From assembly GCA_905331295.1 (NCBI GenBank), contig CAJNYD010000271.1, positions 1 through 53,817 on the forward strand: DNA of 53,817 nt, given 5' to 3'. The translations under genes and the position numbers were made by a program. The stretch comes from Rotaria socialis. Its lineage: Eukaryota. Position 1 is the first letter of the stretch, and each line of letters opens with the position of its first letter. The notes under the pieces were generated by a model that did no database searches, had not been told where the DNA came from, and saw only the letters and a program-made list of their open reading frames with translations. Below are positions 11,854 to 25,575 of this stretch, piece by piece.

Positions 11854-14250
11854 ATGTTATTAAAGCAACTTGTTCATTTTAGTAAAAAAACTATTCGTTT
11901 CTATTATCAATCGCAAACCATGTCTACATTTACGTCGCGATCAAATATTGTTACAGGCAATAATGAATGGGTCTTCGTCGATGATGATAATTTTGATTAT
12001 CAACAAGAATTAGCTCGTTCGGCATTTGCTGATATGCTTCACGATCATGAACGTAATGTACAATATGAAAAAGCAATTGTTAAAACTATTCAAAATCTTG
12101 CTAAATCAACGAAGAAAATCCATATACTCGATATTGGTACAGGTACAGGTCTTCTTTCTATGATGGCAGCAAGATCCTTAAATCAAACAAACAATACCGA
12201 TTGTTCTTTGCGTATAACTGCGTGTGAAGTTTTTCGACCCATGGCTAAAATTGCTAAAAAATGTATTGAAAAAAATGGTCTATCGGATCGTATAAATGTT
12301 ATTGATAAACGATCAACTGAACTTGATTTAGAAAAAGATTTACAAGGTGATAGAATCAATATCATTGTTGCTGAAGTTTTCGATACGGAACTAATTGGTG
12401 AAGGCGGATTACGAACATTTTCTGAAGCATGTAAACATTTAACGATAGATAATGAAAATCTTCATATAATACCTGCACGTGCTACTATTTACATTCAATT
12501 AGTTGAATCTTCAAAACTGCAAGAATTTCATACATTAAAAAATCTTTCCAGTGAAAATAAACGAATAAATATTCCAAATGATTGTCGACATTTAGCTGGT
12601 AATACAATCTTTGATTTAAATATAAATGAAGTCAAAGATTATATTCGTCCATTATCAAAACCAATACCAGTATTTAATTTTAATTTTAAAAATCTCAATG
12701 AAACGAATAATTTTACGGAAGAAACAATACTTGAAAATATTCAATGTGATTATGATGGACGAATAGATGCGTTTATTATGTGGTGGAATCTTGACATGGA
12801 CGAACAAGGTGAAATTCAGCTAGGTACAATACCAACATGGTGTTACGATGACCCAGAAAAAGCTAAAAATGTTCAATGGAGAGAACATTGGATACATGGT
12901 ATTTTTTATCCACAAGAACCAAAAATTATTAAAGCAAAGGATCAGGTATTATTATCAATGAGGATCATTAAAATAAAGTGTGAACACAAACACTAGACTT
13001 GAGTTTTTCAAATCTCAATGTCATCATACATAGAAACTGAATGTTTCGTAAATGCTTTTTTCCCTCCTGTCAGACTGCGTAGGGCTTTTTTCATTTGATT
13101 GTTTATTTTCTAAGATGATTAATCTGAATTACTATAGACGAAAAAGTCTTCTGATAACCTATGATTTCATAATTGCCAAAAGATTGGATAGAAAATATCG
13201 TGGCGAATATTTTAATAATTTTTGTTTCGTTTTTATTAGGTATCTTTATATTGTTTTCATGATGAATATAGTCTTTATTTTGACGTTGGCACATCTCCGT
13301 TTTCTCCTCGTTCGTTTACACCAGCTGTTCTTAGTCGTTTAGCAATGGCCGCATTCAATTGTGACGAACGCCGTCATAGATATATGCAAGCATTAGAAAA
13401 ATCATTTTCTAATTCATCGATAAAACATTGTTTATATATTGGCGATGGTCTTCTACTTCCATTACTTATTCTTGAGATGTATCCAAACATTGAGTTAACT
13501 ATTTTACAATCCTCAAATGTTCATTTAGCTAATTATCTTGAAGCAATACTATCAAATTCATCTACTAAATTAAATTATCAAATTATTTCATCATTAGATA
13601 AAGATACGATAGATCTTCAAACGATCGATATGATTCTGTCGGAACCATTCTTTACGAAATCGATTTTACCATGGGATAATCTTCATTTTTATTATCTTAT
13701 TCAAAAATATCGTTCAAAATTTCGTTCAGATATAAAATTATTTCCAGAAACAGCACGTATACGTTGTTTAGCATTAGAATTCGATAATTTACATAAAATT
13801 CGTTCACCAGTTCGGCAATGTTCTCAGTTTGATTTAACACCATTTGATGAGCAAATTTTGAAAGCGTCAGTAGATGTTGATGAGACAATTGAACCTCAAT
13901 CACTATTTGAATATTCATCAAAGAAACCGACACTTTCATCAATTCGTGATCTTATTCAAATTAACTTCAAGAGAAATTATTATGATAAAAGTGAAAAAGT
14001 AGACTTAGAAATTCCAATTACTGCAAATGGCACGTGTAATGGTATTGCTTTTTGGATCGATTATGAATTAAATGAAAACATATGGTTAACAACCGGTATT
14101 GAACATGAGAATGATTCTTGGGTGAATTATTCAAAACAAGGTGTTCATCTTCTACCGACACCAATTCAGATGCAATCAGGCACGAAATTAAAAATTAGTA
14201 CTGGTTTTGATTTTAAACAAGGACAATTTCTTTTTGATATTATTTATTAA
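11854..14250 (+). CDS. PRMT7: Protein arginine N-methyltransferase 7 (two exons: 11854-12945, 13240-14250)
   Basis: DYQQELARSAFADMLHDHERN, ILDIGTGTGLLSMMA, AEVFDTELIGEG, QWREHW; second degenerate PRMT module (SEPFF...LPWDNL). Intron 12946-13239 (GT..AG) joins the two ORFs in frame. Confidence 0.96.
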
Positions 14251-14799
14251 AACACAAAGATACGGATTTTTAGATGTGATTTTCATGTTTGTTTTGATAA
14301 AATCAAATAAATTTGTCATTATTGAAAAAATCAAAACGAATCAATCTAACATCTGGATATTATCTCATGCCAATTGAACACAGAAATATTTCAATCACTT
14401 GCTCATGTTTCTACTAAGACAGAATCAATCTCTACCATTAGATATCATGCACAATTGTCCAATTATCCTAGAAAAGGGAATTTCTCTTTATCGAGAAAAT
14501 ATTTCATACTAGAAATATTATTTAATTATTAACATACAATCCAAGATGTTCTCCTTTGAAATACATGAAAACATGATTCTATAGTCTAAAGAAAGATTCA
14601 AAGGAAGAATTTCAATATATAAATTTCGTTTGATTGGCATTCCATATTTGCTTGTGAATATATAGATATAAGCACGTTTTTTTCTTCTCGTTTCTAAGAC
14701 ATAATCACTGGTATACAAGGTGAGATTTTGTCTATCGCACGCATACGTCACTAGTACAGAATACAGCTTTTCTTAATATTAGTTTCCTTTTTCATGTTA

Positions 14800-15560
14800 T
14801 TGTCAAGGTGAATTTTGGTTTCCCTCCTGCCGCCTTCTACTGTTTCTTCCAATGCCTTGCATTAAAGCGATCGTCAGCGATCGCTCGATTCGTCAATTTT
14901 TCTCTTTTTTGCATGTAGCAGCGCACGTACTCATACAAATATACCGATTTATTCTCATAGCCTCACATACACACACATACTCATTCACATCTACCTGAGC
15001 CGAGAACACGGACAAACAAAAGAGAAAAGTTGACGCTTTTTATATGCGCTTTCAGTCAGTCTATCGACCATTGCTTCGGGAGGCATCTGACAGGATGATA
15101 ATAGTCATTTGTTTGTTCGTTCGTTAGTTATACACACACACACACTCTCTCTCTCTCTCTCGTCCATCCGATTCATTCGCTCGTTCGGTCGTCCATATAG
15201 TACAACGAACGGACGAAACACATGCATCGCATTTTAGTATATGTGTATGCGAGTGTATGCTTGTGCTTGTAGACTAGCGAATGAAGACACATGTTCTTTT
15301 ACTTTACAGCATACCCCCATTATGGTGTAGTAGTTTTTGTGGTAGCAATAGCAATCTGTGAGATGAGCGAACGAACGAAAGGAGTAGAAAAAGGGCGAGA
15401 GAGAACGCATTCAGTCAGCCACCAACAGTAGCAATCGCGACCTTTACTTCGAAGAATACAAAATGCGTATCTTCACATACAGATTCATGCAGAGTAGGCG
15501 CGTATATCGTCATGTTGCAAATGAACAGTGGAATCACTTAAGTAATAGATTGTAATCAAT
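14800..15560. promoter_or_regulatory. GC-richer, CA/CT-microsatellite-containing non-coding block upstream of the zinc-finger gene (possible promoter or 5'UTR exon)
   Basis: Composition shift with (CA)n(CT)n at ~15132-15161 and repeated ttcg/cgaa motifs; no ORF. Function is inferred from position only. Confidence 0.3.
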
Positions 15561-17065
15561 CTCACCAAATAGTTTTAGCATTTGTGGCCCTTTTATTATT
15601 CTCGATAAAATTCTTTTAGCACAGGTTGAAAATAAAGAGCAAAATAGAAAATTGATTACAATGTCACAGTGAACACCACTGACAAACGAGTATCGCAAAA
15701 AAAGAAGAGAAAAATAATTGTATAGATTGTTGACAAGATTAAGTAAAAGAAAGTTTTTTTTTTCTACCTCTTCATAGCTATAAGTAATATGTTATCCGTG
15801 ATGGCGAAGGCATAGAAATCGAAAGAAAATCAGAAAGAGAAGAAAGAGAACGATCAAAATAGAAAAAAGTGGAACGATATGATAGTAACTAGTTATGTTT
15901 GTTGTTGTTGTTCTTCTTATTGTCATTATTCGTTCTTATGTATCCAGTCAGATATACTCGATTGGTTCATTATAAGGAAAGACAGTGTGTAAAATAACTA
16001 ATAGTGATATTCTTGTGTTTTCTATTCTTACTAGTGACGTGTTTTTTATCCTTTGCTTGAATTTCTATTTTTTTTTATTGTAAAGTTTGGCATCTATCTT
16101 TCGCACTATATATGTCTCCCTGGCTGATTATCATGCTTTTGCAATGCCAAAAAAAAACATATCGAATAGTTAAAATAATCATTCGATTTTCTGATATTTG
16201 TTTCTGTTGAATAGAAGCCACAATATGGCTAGGTTCATAACTTTCAATCATCAGCATCGTATGATGTAGGGCCTGAATACTAATTTTTTTCTGGCGATGC
16301 TTTCAACCGATTCGCGCCTATTTCTATGCTTACATTTGCACAGTGCTCCCTAAATGCACAGAAAAGCAGAACAGGCAAGAAATCAGCGACTGTACTTTCT
16401 GTTGAAGCAAACTGAAGCGGTTGCCGAGGGTGCTAAAGCGTATTACGCGCAAACCTTGTGAGAAACCAAATATGCTCGTTTTGTATTACATGTAAGGAGG
16501 TAAAAAAATATACAAGAAGACCGAACAACAACTACTAAGGTATGTCTGTTACGTGTTTAAGATGAAGAAAAGATGCACTCGCCTATGCACAAATGAGGAT
16601 ATATAAGAATGCGTTAGTTCGTTATCTTTCTACGCGACGGTTATCTATCTAACAAAAACTATGCATTTTTTCAAATAGAGTAAGCTATTCATATAGATTT
16701 AAAATAGACGCTCTTATACTTTGCTTTTTTTTCTTTCTCTAGTTCTATATATAGAAGGGTGATTCCAACACTATAGACTCTTATGCTGATGCTTTTGCCT
16801 TGTCGTTTAGTCTGCCTGCACCAGCGCGACGCGCATATACGCACATGCTTCTATTCTTTTTTCTCCTTCTTCGACAAGCCAGACAGCAGAAGCATACACG
16901 CGGCACATATACACGTACATAAGCATAGTCATCATATCGGAAAAGAGAGAAAGAAGAAGGAGGCAACTGCATCGACGGTCAACTCCATTTCGCTATTGTC
17001 CTTCTAGCGTATTGTGCCTCGCATATTTTAGATTAAATCAACAAATCCGCATACGTTCCAACAAA

Positions 17066-20000
17066 ATGATGATGGACACGACCGTCGATACTGACGGTAC
17101 GGCGTTCATTTGTCCTGAGTGCAGTTTCAATGGAAAAAGCTTACCTGAACTAATTAGCCATTTGAATGATGCACACAGTGAAGGTTAGTTCATTACTAGC
17201 TTATCTGTCAACTAGAGTAATTTTTGTTTTACATTATTTTTGTTTTCTTCGTCCTATAGAAACTGCTAGTAGAAGTGAAGCACCGCCAAAAAATGCTTCA
17301 TCATTACTAAAACCTGAAAAGCGATCTAGACGTAAGCCAGCTTTCAGCCATCAGGTACTATTTCTTTGTCTATTTTTCTTTCTTTGAAAGTTCGTTATAC
17401 TTTTTTTTTTTTACAAACAAAGATTGTTTCTCAAGTACCTCGTCAATCATCAACATTATTCAGTCAACAAACACCATCGAATATTGAGTCAGGTAACTAT
17501 TCTTGCTATTTCATTATTTTCATATAATTTACATTCTTTTTTTAATTAGACCCAAATCAATTTTTGAATCGCATTTCAACACCAGAAAGAAATGGCACAA
17601 AATTTATACCAACTGTTACTGATGATTCATCGATACAGATGATTAGTGATGAAAATACAAACATCAATGTCAATTCAAAGGATTCGTTAAATTCAATCGC
17701 TGCTGCTGCTAAACGAAACCCGAATGTACTTCATTCTATTCTTAGTCAACAACGCCCGATTGCGCCGAAAAATGGATCACCAACAGCGACAAAAGGTAAA
17801 AAAAAAAGAAAATAAACCGAAAGAAAAAAACGACATGGAATGTTTCATTGGAATAATAAACTCATGACATTTTAGCGACACCAATATCTTCACCATCATT
17901 ATTACCATTAGTAAATTCCTCGCCTGGCATAGACAATTCATTTTATTTACCAACCAATCATTCAATGCAACCATATAAAAAGAATTTTCAATGTAAAATG
18001 TGTCGTTTAACTTACAAAGTAAGTTCAATGAAAATATTTTATTTTATCTGTTTCGTTTTCTTTGCTTTTTACTCGTTAGTAACTTTTTTTAAATTTTCTA
18101 TAGAATTTTCATGATTGTACAGCTCATATACGTAAAAAACATGAAATAGATCATGCACTTGCTGGTCGTTACGTTGACAAACTTGATGAAGACGTACCAC
18201 TACCACCATCAGCAACAGGAAACTATAAATTTCGTATTAAAGGTAAATCATTACCACCACCACAACAAGCGAATTCTACATCAACAATGAAACGCACATC
18301 GTTGACGCCAATGGCGCACGATGATTCAACAAAAATTTTACAATGTAAATATTGTTCATTTACAACTCATTGGTCAAAAGAAATAATAAAACATCAACGG
18401 ATAGTACATTCAAATTATCCGCCACATATTTTACAAAATGATTATGTACATGAAGATAATCAATTTCATGATGAAATTGATGATGATAATGGTTTATCAG
18501 CACTTTTAATTGATCCAGTACGAGCTTTTGGTGAAGTTATTGATACTATTGATAGTTCGAACGGAAATGATTATGAAGATGGTGACAGTCAAGATGAGCA
18601 AATGATGATGGGCCATGATATTGATGATGATGAAGACGATGCGTAAGACTTTAGATGTGAGTATTTTAATTCGCTAACGGTTTTTATAATTCTTTAGTCT
18701 ATGGAAATATCAACAAGAAATAAATGATTTGTCTGAATCGGGCATCACAACAGCTGTTAACCATGACAGAAATAATTCAAATTATTTATTTGCCAAACAA
18801 TTTAAAAAATTTCGTTGTCCACATTGTGAACATGCGTAAGTTAAATGTTATTTGATATGTTTTTGATTTTTTTTTAACTGAACTTCAATTCTAGATCGCC
18901 AACATTGACAAAACTTAAACTTCATGTTGCAACACATATAAATATCAAGCCATTTATGTGTTCAATATGTGGTTGGCGTGCTAATCTTCGTTGGTATATT
19001 CAGGTATGTTAAAACATAGAATTTTTTCGTAAATCAATGCTAGTTTGAGGTTGTCAAGGCCAAGAATGTTTTATCGTCTGTCGTATATTTGCAATTTTTG
19101 TATTCGAACCTATTGCGTTTGTTGGTATTTGAAGGATCACTTAGAAATGCAAATTGATGTTTTCTCTACATTTCAATCGCAACATCCCTAGATATATCGA
19201 TTCAAGTATATTGATTACAAATACAAGTGTATTTCTTGTAGTTAAACAGTGATTCAAATATTGCTACTAAGAGCATTCTTTAAGTATGAACTTCACTTGA
19301 TTTCAATTTATAAATGTAGTAAATTTTTATTCAAATACGATTTTTTTTACTAAAATCTGAAGATTGTATTCACATTGAACCAATAGAAATAAAATGTATA
19401 GCTGGTCAGTACCGACTAAAATATGTGTTTCAGAATCGATGTTGTATTGAGTCTATCCTTGTTACTTGTGAAGCTAATGTTGTTTCAACATGTACAAGTT
19501 TCTGGAGTATAGATAGCTTCATCACACTCAAGATAATATACACTGAAATCTCCAAAGAAAATTTTGATTGACTTGTGACATAAAAACAGAAGGAATTATT
19601 CTTTGATTCAAAACAAAGCTTCCCAGTCAGACAAGCAACGAAAAATAACGTGTAAAAACGAATAAAAACCGCACATTTTTGCGATTTTATTTTCGTTAAA
19701 AATTCTACGCATTTTGTTTAAAACTATATAGATAATTCGTAAGCAATGTAAGTGTACGGATTATAACTGTTTTTCCTCTACCAAGTCACTTATTTCAATA
19801 AAATAACGCGTAAAAATGCGTAGAATTTTTAACGAAAATAAAATCGCAAAAATGTGCGGTTTTTATTCGTTTTTACACGTTATTTTTCGCTGCTTATCTG
19901 ACTGGGATATGAAGCTAGAAAGTGCAAAACTCAGAAGATACTTTCTATTTACAAATGTTGTCGATTGCATAGAATAAGCTATAGCATTCGAATAAACTTT

Positions 20001-23000
20001 TCCATATGACGTAGGACTCATAGCAGCAATCATTCTTATACACTAACTATTTTTCTTTTCATAGTGTCATGCAAAAAAACGTCATCCAAATATGAATTTC
20101 GATGTTTTACAATTATCACACGAAGAAGCTGAACAAACAATAAATGCTTATATGAAAGAACGTGGTCTTGATTCAAAATTGAATCTTAACGGTCAAGATT
20201 CAAAACGCTACTATCAATGTTCATTATGTCAATTTCGTTCAAGTCATCCAAAATTCATTGAACAGCATATTCATACAAATCATCCAAATAAATCGTTTGC
20301 AAAAATGATTGTAAATAAAAGACCAGCACAAACACTACCAACAGCACCATCACAACAGCAGCAGCAGCAGCACCTAAACAATAAAACAACTTCATTCTTA
20401 CAAACGAATGGTCATACAACGAAACAAACTCATAAAAATGATCATGATGATAAAATCTATTCAAAATTTATGATTAAACCACCAATAAAATCAAATTATC
20501 AAAAATTAAATGGTGATTATCAAGATGAACAAAATAAATGTGAAATGAAATCTCAAACACTTTATAATCGTTCAAGTTTAATACAATCTGATGGCACTAT
20601 GCGTTTGCCTGATCCATCACAAATTGTTTATCCAAAGTTTTCTTCACATCCACATTTTAATCCAAATCGTCTATTTTATTGTGCATTATGTTATCGTGGT
20701 TATCGGTGGCGTTATGATGTTAAACGTCATCATAAAACTTCGCATGAATCACCTGAAATTGAAGCGGCCAGGGGCTTGTCTATGAGCCCGAAATCAGTAA
20801 AACGTCGTAACAAAGAATTTAATCGAAATTTTCGTTATTTAGAATATGTACCACAAGTCGATGGCCTTATATCAGCATCGATGTCAAGTGTAAATAATCA
20901 TTATTCAGTAAAACAAGAAAATGGTTTCGACGATGAACGCATGTTAGGTGGTGCTACAACTGATGATGATGAAGGTGAAGAAAGTCAAGATAATGAACTT
21001 AAGTTGAGTATTAATGATGCACGTACGGTTGATGTTACCGAAGATGAAGCAGCAGCTTTATTAATGATTGAACCACAAAAATCAGATAGTAGCTCAATTA
21101 TTCTTAATGATAATCCCGATGATGCAGTAATTGTATTTGAAGATGATCGTCGAAATTCGAATGAATCGAAAGATAGAAGTTCATTATTATCAAATGATAC
21201 ATCAAAATTAGCAGCTCGCACGTCAACTGGTTTGAAGCCATATCGTTGTCCATATTGTTTCTATCGAACCAATTGGCGAACAGATTCTCTACGACATATT
21301 CGTGCACGTCATAAAATTGAACCTACTCAAGATGGTTATCTTGAAATGACAGCAGAAGAAGCTGAACAAACCTATGCTGAATATGAACGTACATTTGGTT
21401 TTGTTGTTTCAAAAAAAGTTTTAGGGCGCTTTACTGATTTTCGTCATATTGAATGGAATGATTTACAAAAATCAATTTGGGAAAAAATTAAAGATAAACA
21501 AGGTTACGAACAAATTATATATGACCGTCTACGACCAGATAATTATTCTGAAACAAAATATTCTGAACCAACAAATGTAATTCCTAATCTACCACCAAAA
21601 CCAATAGTAACACCGATATTAAATAAAGTAACAATTGTAAAACCAAAACGCATGTTTGCTTGCACGAACTGTGCATTTCGTTCGCACAAACTTGTTGAAT
21701 TAGATAAACACATTTGTGAACGAATACAAAAAGTAAGTTTGCGTCCTTAATCGAAAACCAAATTCTCTTAATCTATATGTTTTAGTCTCAAAATGAAAAA
21801 CCACATGGAAAATTTCGTGTTTCACTTTATCAATGTTCAGAATGTTCGTATCGAACAATATACAATGATTATGCACGAAAACATATTTATTTACATCGAT
21901 TAAAAAATAGAAAAATGAAACGTTTTTATTATTGTTCAGTGTGTGGTTATAATCATACTCTGAGAAATAGATTAACTGTACATATTGCTAAACATCATCC
22001 AATTAATAATACATTAACGACAACTATTTCTTCACAGGTATGTACAAATAATTAAAGTTATGAATATTCTTTGCTTTGTACAGAGAAGACTATACTAGCT
22101 AGATGTTCACTGGTGATCATAGAGCGGATCGTTGATCTTTAGCGATGGTAGTTTTGGTTAACTTTGAGTTTTCTCGGCCGCCAACAACATTTGAAGAGTC
22201 TAGTCAAGTTTTGCGAAACTAAATTAAACATCTTTCTGGAATCCAAAGTAATAAAAACAATTTTCGTGTTTGACAAAGACTTTGTTTTCACACTTTGCAT
22301 TTTGCTCTAAAGGATGTAGTCATTTGTTGTTTTTAAATAGATATTTCCCAATCGAAAAAGTTGATGTTACCATAAATTTACTGTGTAGTTTGAACATGAG
22401 TGATATCTTTGATAAAAAAAAATCAATCAATCGATGAGGAAAAGTCATGTCTATAAAGCAAGATTTTCTTATTTACGTGTATATTTAGTAGTTATACTTA
22501 TAAATAAAAACGTTTTCGCTAGAATAAATCTATCTGATAAAGATGAAACGAAATTTTTTGTTGTTGGTGATTTATAGATATGATGCTTTTCTTCACTGTA
22601 GTTCAATGACGAATAAATCAAACGAAATAGCTAGATAATAACTGTTAAATAATTTATATTTCCATCTGAGAATGTGTTGTTTTATTTTACCGACTACTAA
22701 TGTTAACGACTTGATGTAGTTGGTGTTCACTGAAAAATTGAAAAAGGTAGATTCTAATAATGATACGATTGATGTCTCAACTTTTGCAATGAACATCGAC
22801 GCTATTCGTGCTTTAGATGTCATGCCAATGATTCACATCTATAGAAAGACGATCAGAACATGTCGAATCTATTCTCTAGAATAAATTCAAATGATTTTCT
22901 TTATCCAATAGATATTTTCATCAGCTCTATCCGTGTTTGGGATATCGTCATTTGATTCCTGTTTCTAATCTCCGATAATCGTTAGCAGTTTTCAACTAAA

Positions 23001-23949
23001 ATATATTCAGTATGATTGAATTGCTGTTCGATGTGCGATTAGTTCCGAATTCTAATTTTTCAAAGTTCTCGAGTTTATCGACCACTAAATCATGCACTGT
23101 ATGTACGAATACATTTTATTTCGCATTCTCTTTCACACTGTCTGAGGCCAACTATATTTTTATTAAACTCTATTTAGTATCATCCTAATGCTGATTTCAC
23201 AATCAAACAAATTAATTTACGCCGATCGTTCGTTGAACGTCAATTGAATAATCGTAAATCAATGCATACTCGAGTTTTTTATTGCACTCAATGTCCACAT
23301 GTATCAACGTCAGTATTAGAGCATGATCATCATCGATCATGCCATGAAGAAAATTCATTATCGTTGTATAAATGTAATCAATGCACATTTGCATCGAACT
23401 CTTTATTGTATACAGTAAGTTAGCTACTTTACTTTATTGCTCTATTTTCTATTCTATTGTGACATTAGCGTCAACATAATATGCTACATTCAAACTCAAG
23501 TCGATTATTATCTTTGCATATTGACACAAAAAATTTGAAACATCTCGGTAAGTTTTTCGATTCTTTCGAATGGTAAATTTGTTAATATTTTTGCTTTATG
23601 ATTATCTTAGCTGTTTCAACAATTTTTCACGAAACTCTTGGTAAAAATCGTCGTTATCATTGCCCATTTTGTAAAAAATTCTCATCCAGTACTTCATCAA
23701 TTGTACTCGGTCATATTAAAGTATGTTTTCTGGCACTATTTAGTTATTTTATTTTTCTATTTCATCTTAGAACATCCATACTGGGAACAGTAATCAATTT
23801 GATGATAGTTTAATAATCGGTTCGGATATGGCCAAAGAAATACTTGCACTAAGAGGAGGTAACAAGTTAAACTTTACTATATTCTATTCTCTCAATGATG
23901 AATATATTTAGATAAGGTAACTGATGATTCACGTATGGATATTAGTTAA
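17066..23949 (+). CDS. Large multi-exon C2H2 zinc-finger protein (~14 dispersed fingers), probable transcription factor
   Basis: ATG 17066 MMMDTTVDTDGTAFICPECSF...HLNDAH; further fingers CKMC, CKYC, CPHC, CSIC, CSLC, CALC, CPYC, CTNC, CSEC, CSVC, CTQC, CNQC, CPFC across GT-AG exons. Last exon 23912-23949 ends RMDIS*. Confidence 0.85.
19622..19906. mobile_element. MITE (285 bp) with ~95-bp near-perfect TIRs and CCCAG...CTGGG termini, inside a zinc-finger gene intron
   Basis: cccagtcagacaagcaacgaaaaataacgtgtaaaaacgaataaaaaccgcacatttttgcg...ctacgcatttt is mirrored by aaaatgcgtag...cgcaaaaatgtgcggtttttattcgtttttacacgttatttttcgctgcttatctgactggg. No exact TSD. Confidence 0.9.
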
Positions 23950-25575
23950 TTATTCTCCAGAACAATTTAGCTAAATTATGTTCATATGAGAACGAGAAAA
24001 ACAAATATAAACTTAAAAATTCCTGTTTTTGTGTTATGTCAGATGTTGTTTTTTGATTTTCTTTGTTCTATTCCATGTCTCCCATTAAACTACAACGATG
24101 TATCGATCTTTGTTGATACAATTGCTGAGTTCTTCATGTTTTTTGTTTATCTCACTGGTGTGATATACTGTTTGTGTGAACTTGATTTCCTCGTTTTCTT
24201 TTTTTGTCATAGACGAATACTCGTCTTCTACTGCATCAAACATACCACTAACTTTGTGTGTATGCTATGTGTTTAAAAGGAAACTAGAGAAAACTATTTC
24301 TTCTTCAAAAATAGTATGTTTCTGTAACGGTTATCTTGTTTCCATCATTTGTTTCATTCCCATATATTTTTTGCCTTTCTATCTATACGTTAAACACGTA
24401 CATCTTATTCTCATTTATGTATTATATTCGTTGTTCTATCCGTATCTAACTTGAGGATGAAACAGAAACCAATATTCCAAGGAGCATGAACGCAAAAAAT
24501 AAAGATTCGGATATATTTAGAATTACAATTTGATCTCTATGCAACGAATTATTGAATTCCTTAAACAAATAGTCTATTATCATCAGCGGACATAAAAAAA
24601 TATCTTTAAATGAGTTCGTATGTGATTCACTTTGAGTCGGTTGTATATTTCTCAGTAGTCTTGGAGCAGAATAGAACAGTTTTATTAGTATAGATTTCTT
24701 GATTGACATTTTGCACAGTTCCATCTTTCCTTACAGCATGAACCAATAACTAGAGTATGTTGAGATCCTTAATTTTTTCTACAATAGTCTTTTTTAAATG
24801 TTTTTTTATCAGTCGAAAATTTAGCTAGCATATGACTTGATTATTTGGTTGAATGAACTTGCACCCTTTTCCGGGGCTCTGATGTATTGCTTTAGGTTTC
24901 TTTTTGATCGGTAAATCCTTCATTTTCGAAAGTTCTTTGACTGCAATAACATACGTACTTCTGTTCATCCATATACTGTTTTTTGCATGCTGATATACAG
25001 AAAAATGGAGTAAACATCTTGCCGGCAAGTTTTCATCGAGTGAATTTTCCCTATGTTGATCAAACAATAAATAAACTCGAATCAATTTTTCGCTTTCTAT
25101 ACTCTATTCGGTGTGTAAAATTGTTTAATAAGTAAATTGACTTTTACTAAATAAGAATGTTCATGCATTCTGAAATATACTGCTTAGATTATCGAATGCT
25201 GAGCCAGTTAAAATTTCCATGACAATAAAAATATTTACAAGTTACTATAAATATTATACAAGTGAAATTTAAAACTGTTTTCAGTAAATACTATTTAATT
25301 AGAGTTGTTAATTATATGCGATAAAAATAATATGCAGTTCGAACATTCTTTTTGCTTTGCTAATGACCAATTAGAATAAGAGAAAAAAAAAATAATAAGA
25401 TAAATGCATTGTAACTATCCCCTCAACAAAATTGATTGATACTAATATTGTTTTCCATAATATTTCTTGTATATTTTATGTTTTTCAAGAAAAGCTGACA
25501 ATACGCGAAATTAATAACAACAAAAAAGAAAAGGAAAAAAATATATAAATGCTACAGCTGATTTTCTCGAGATTC

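Noticed and set aside
24446..25085. Two short minus-strand ORFs between the zinc-finger gene and UBR7
   Set aside because: No recognisable motif or splice-linked model; could be decayed coding DNA but unsupported.
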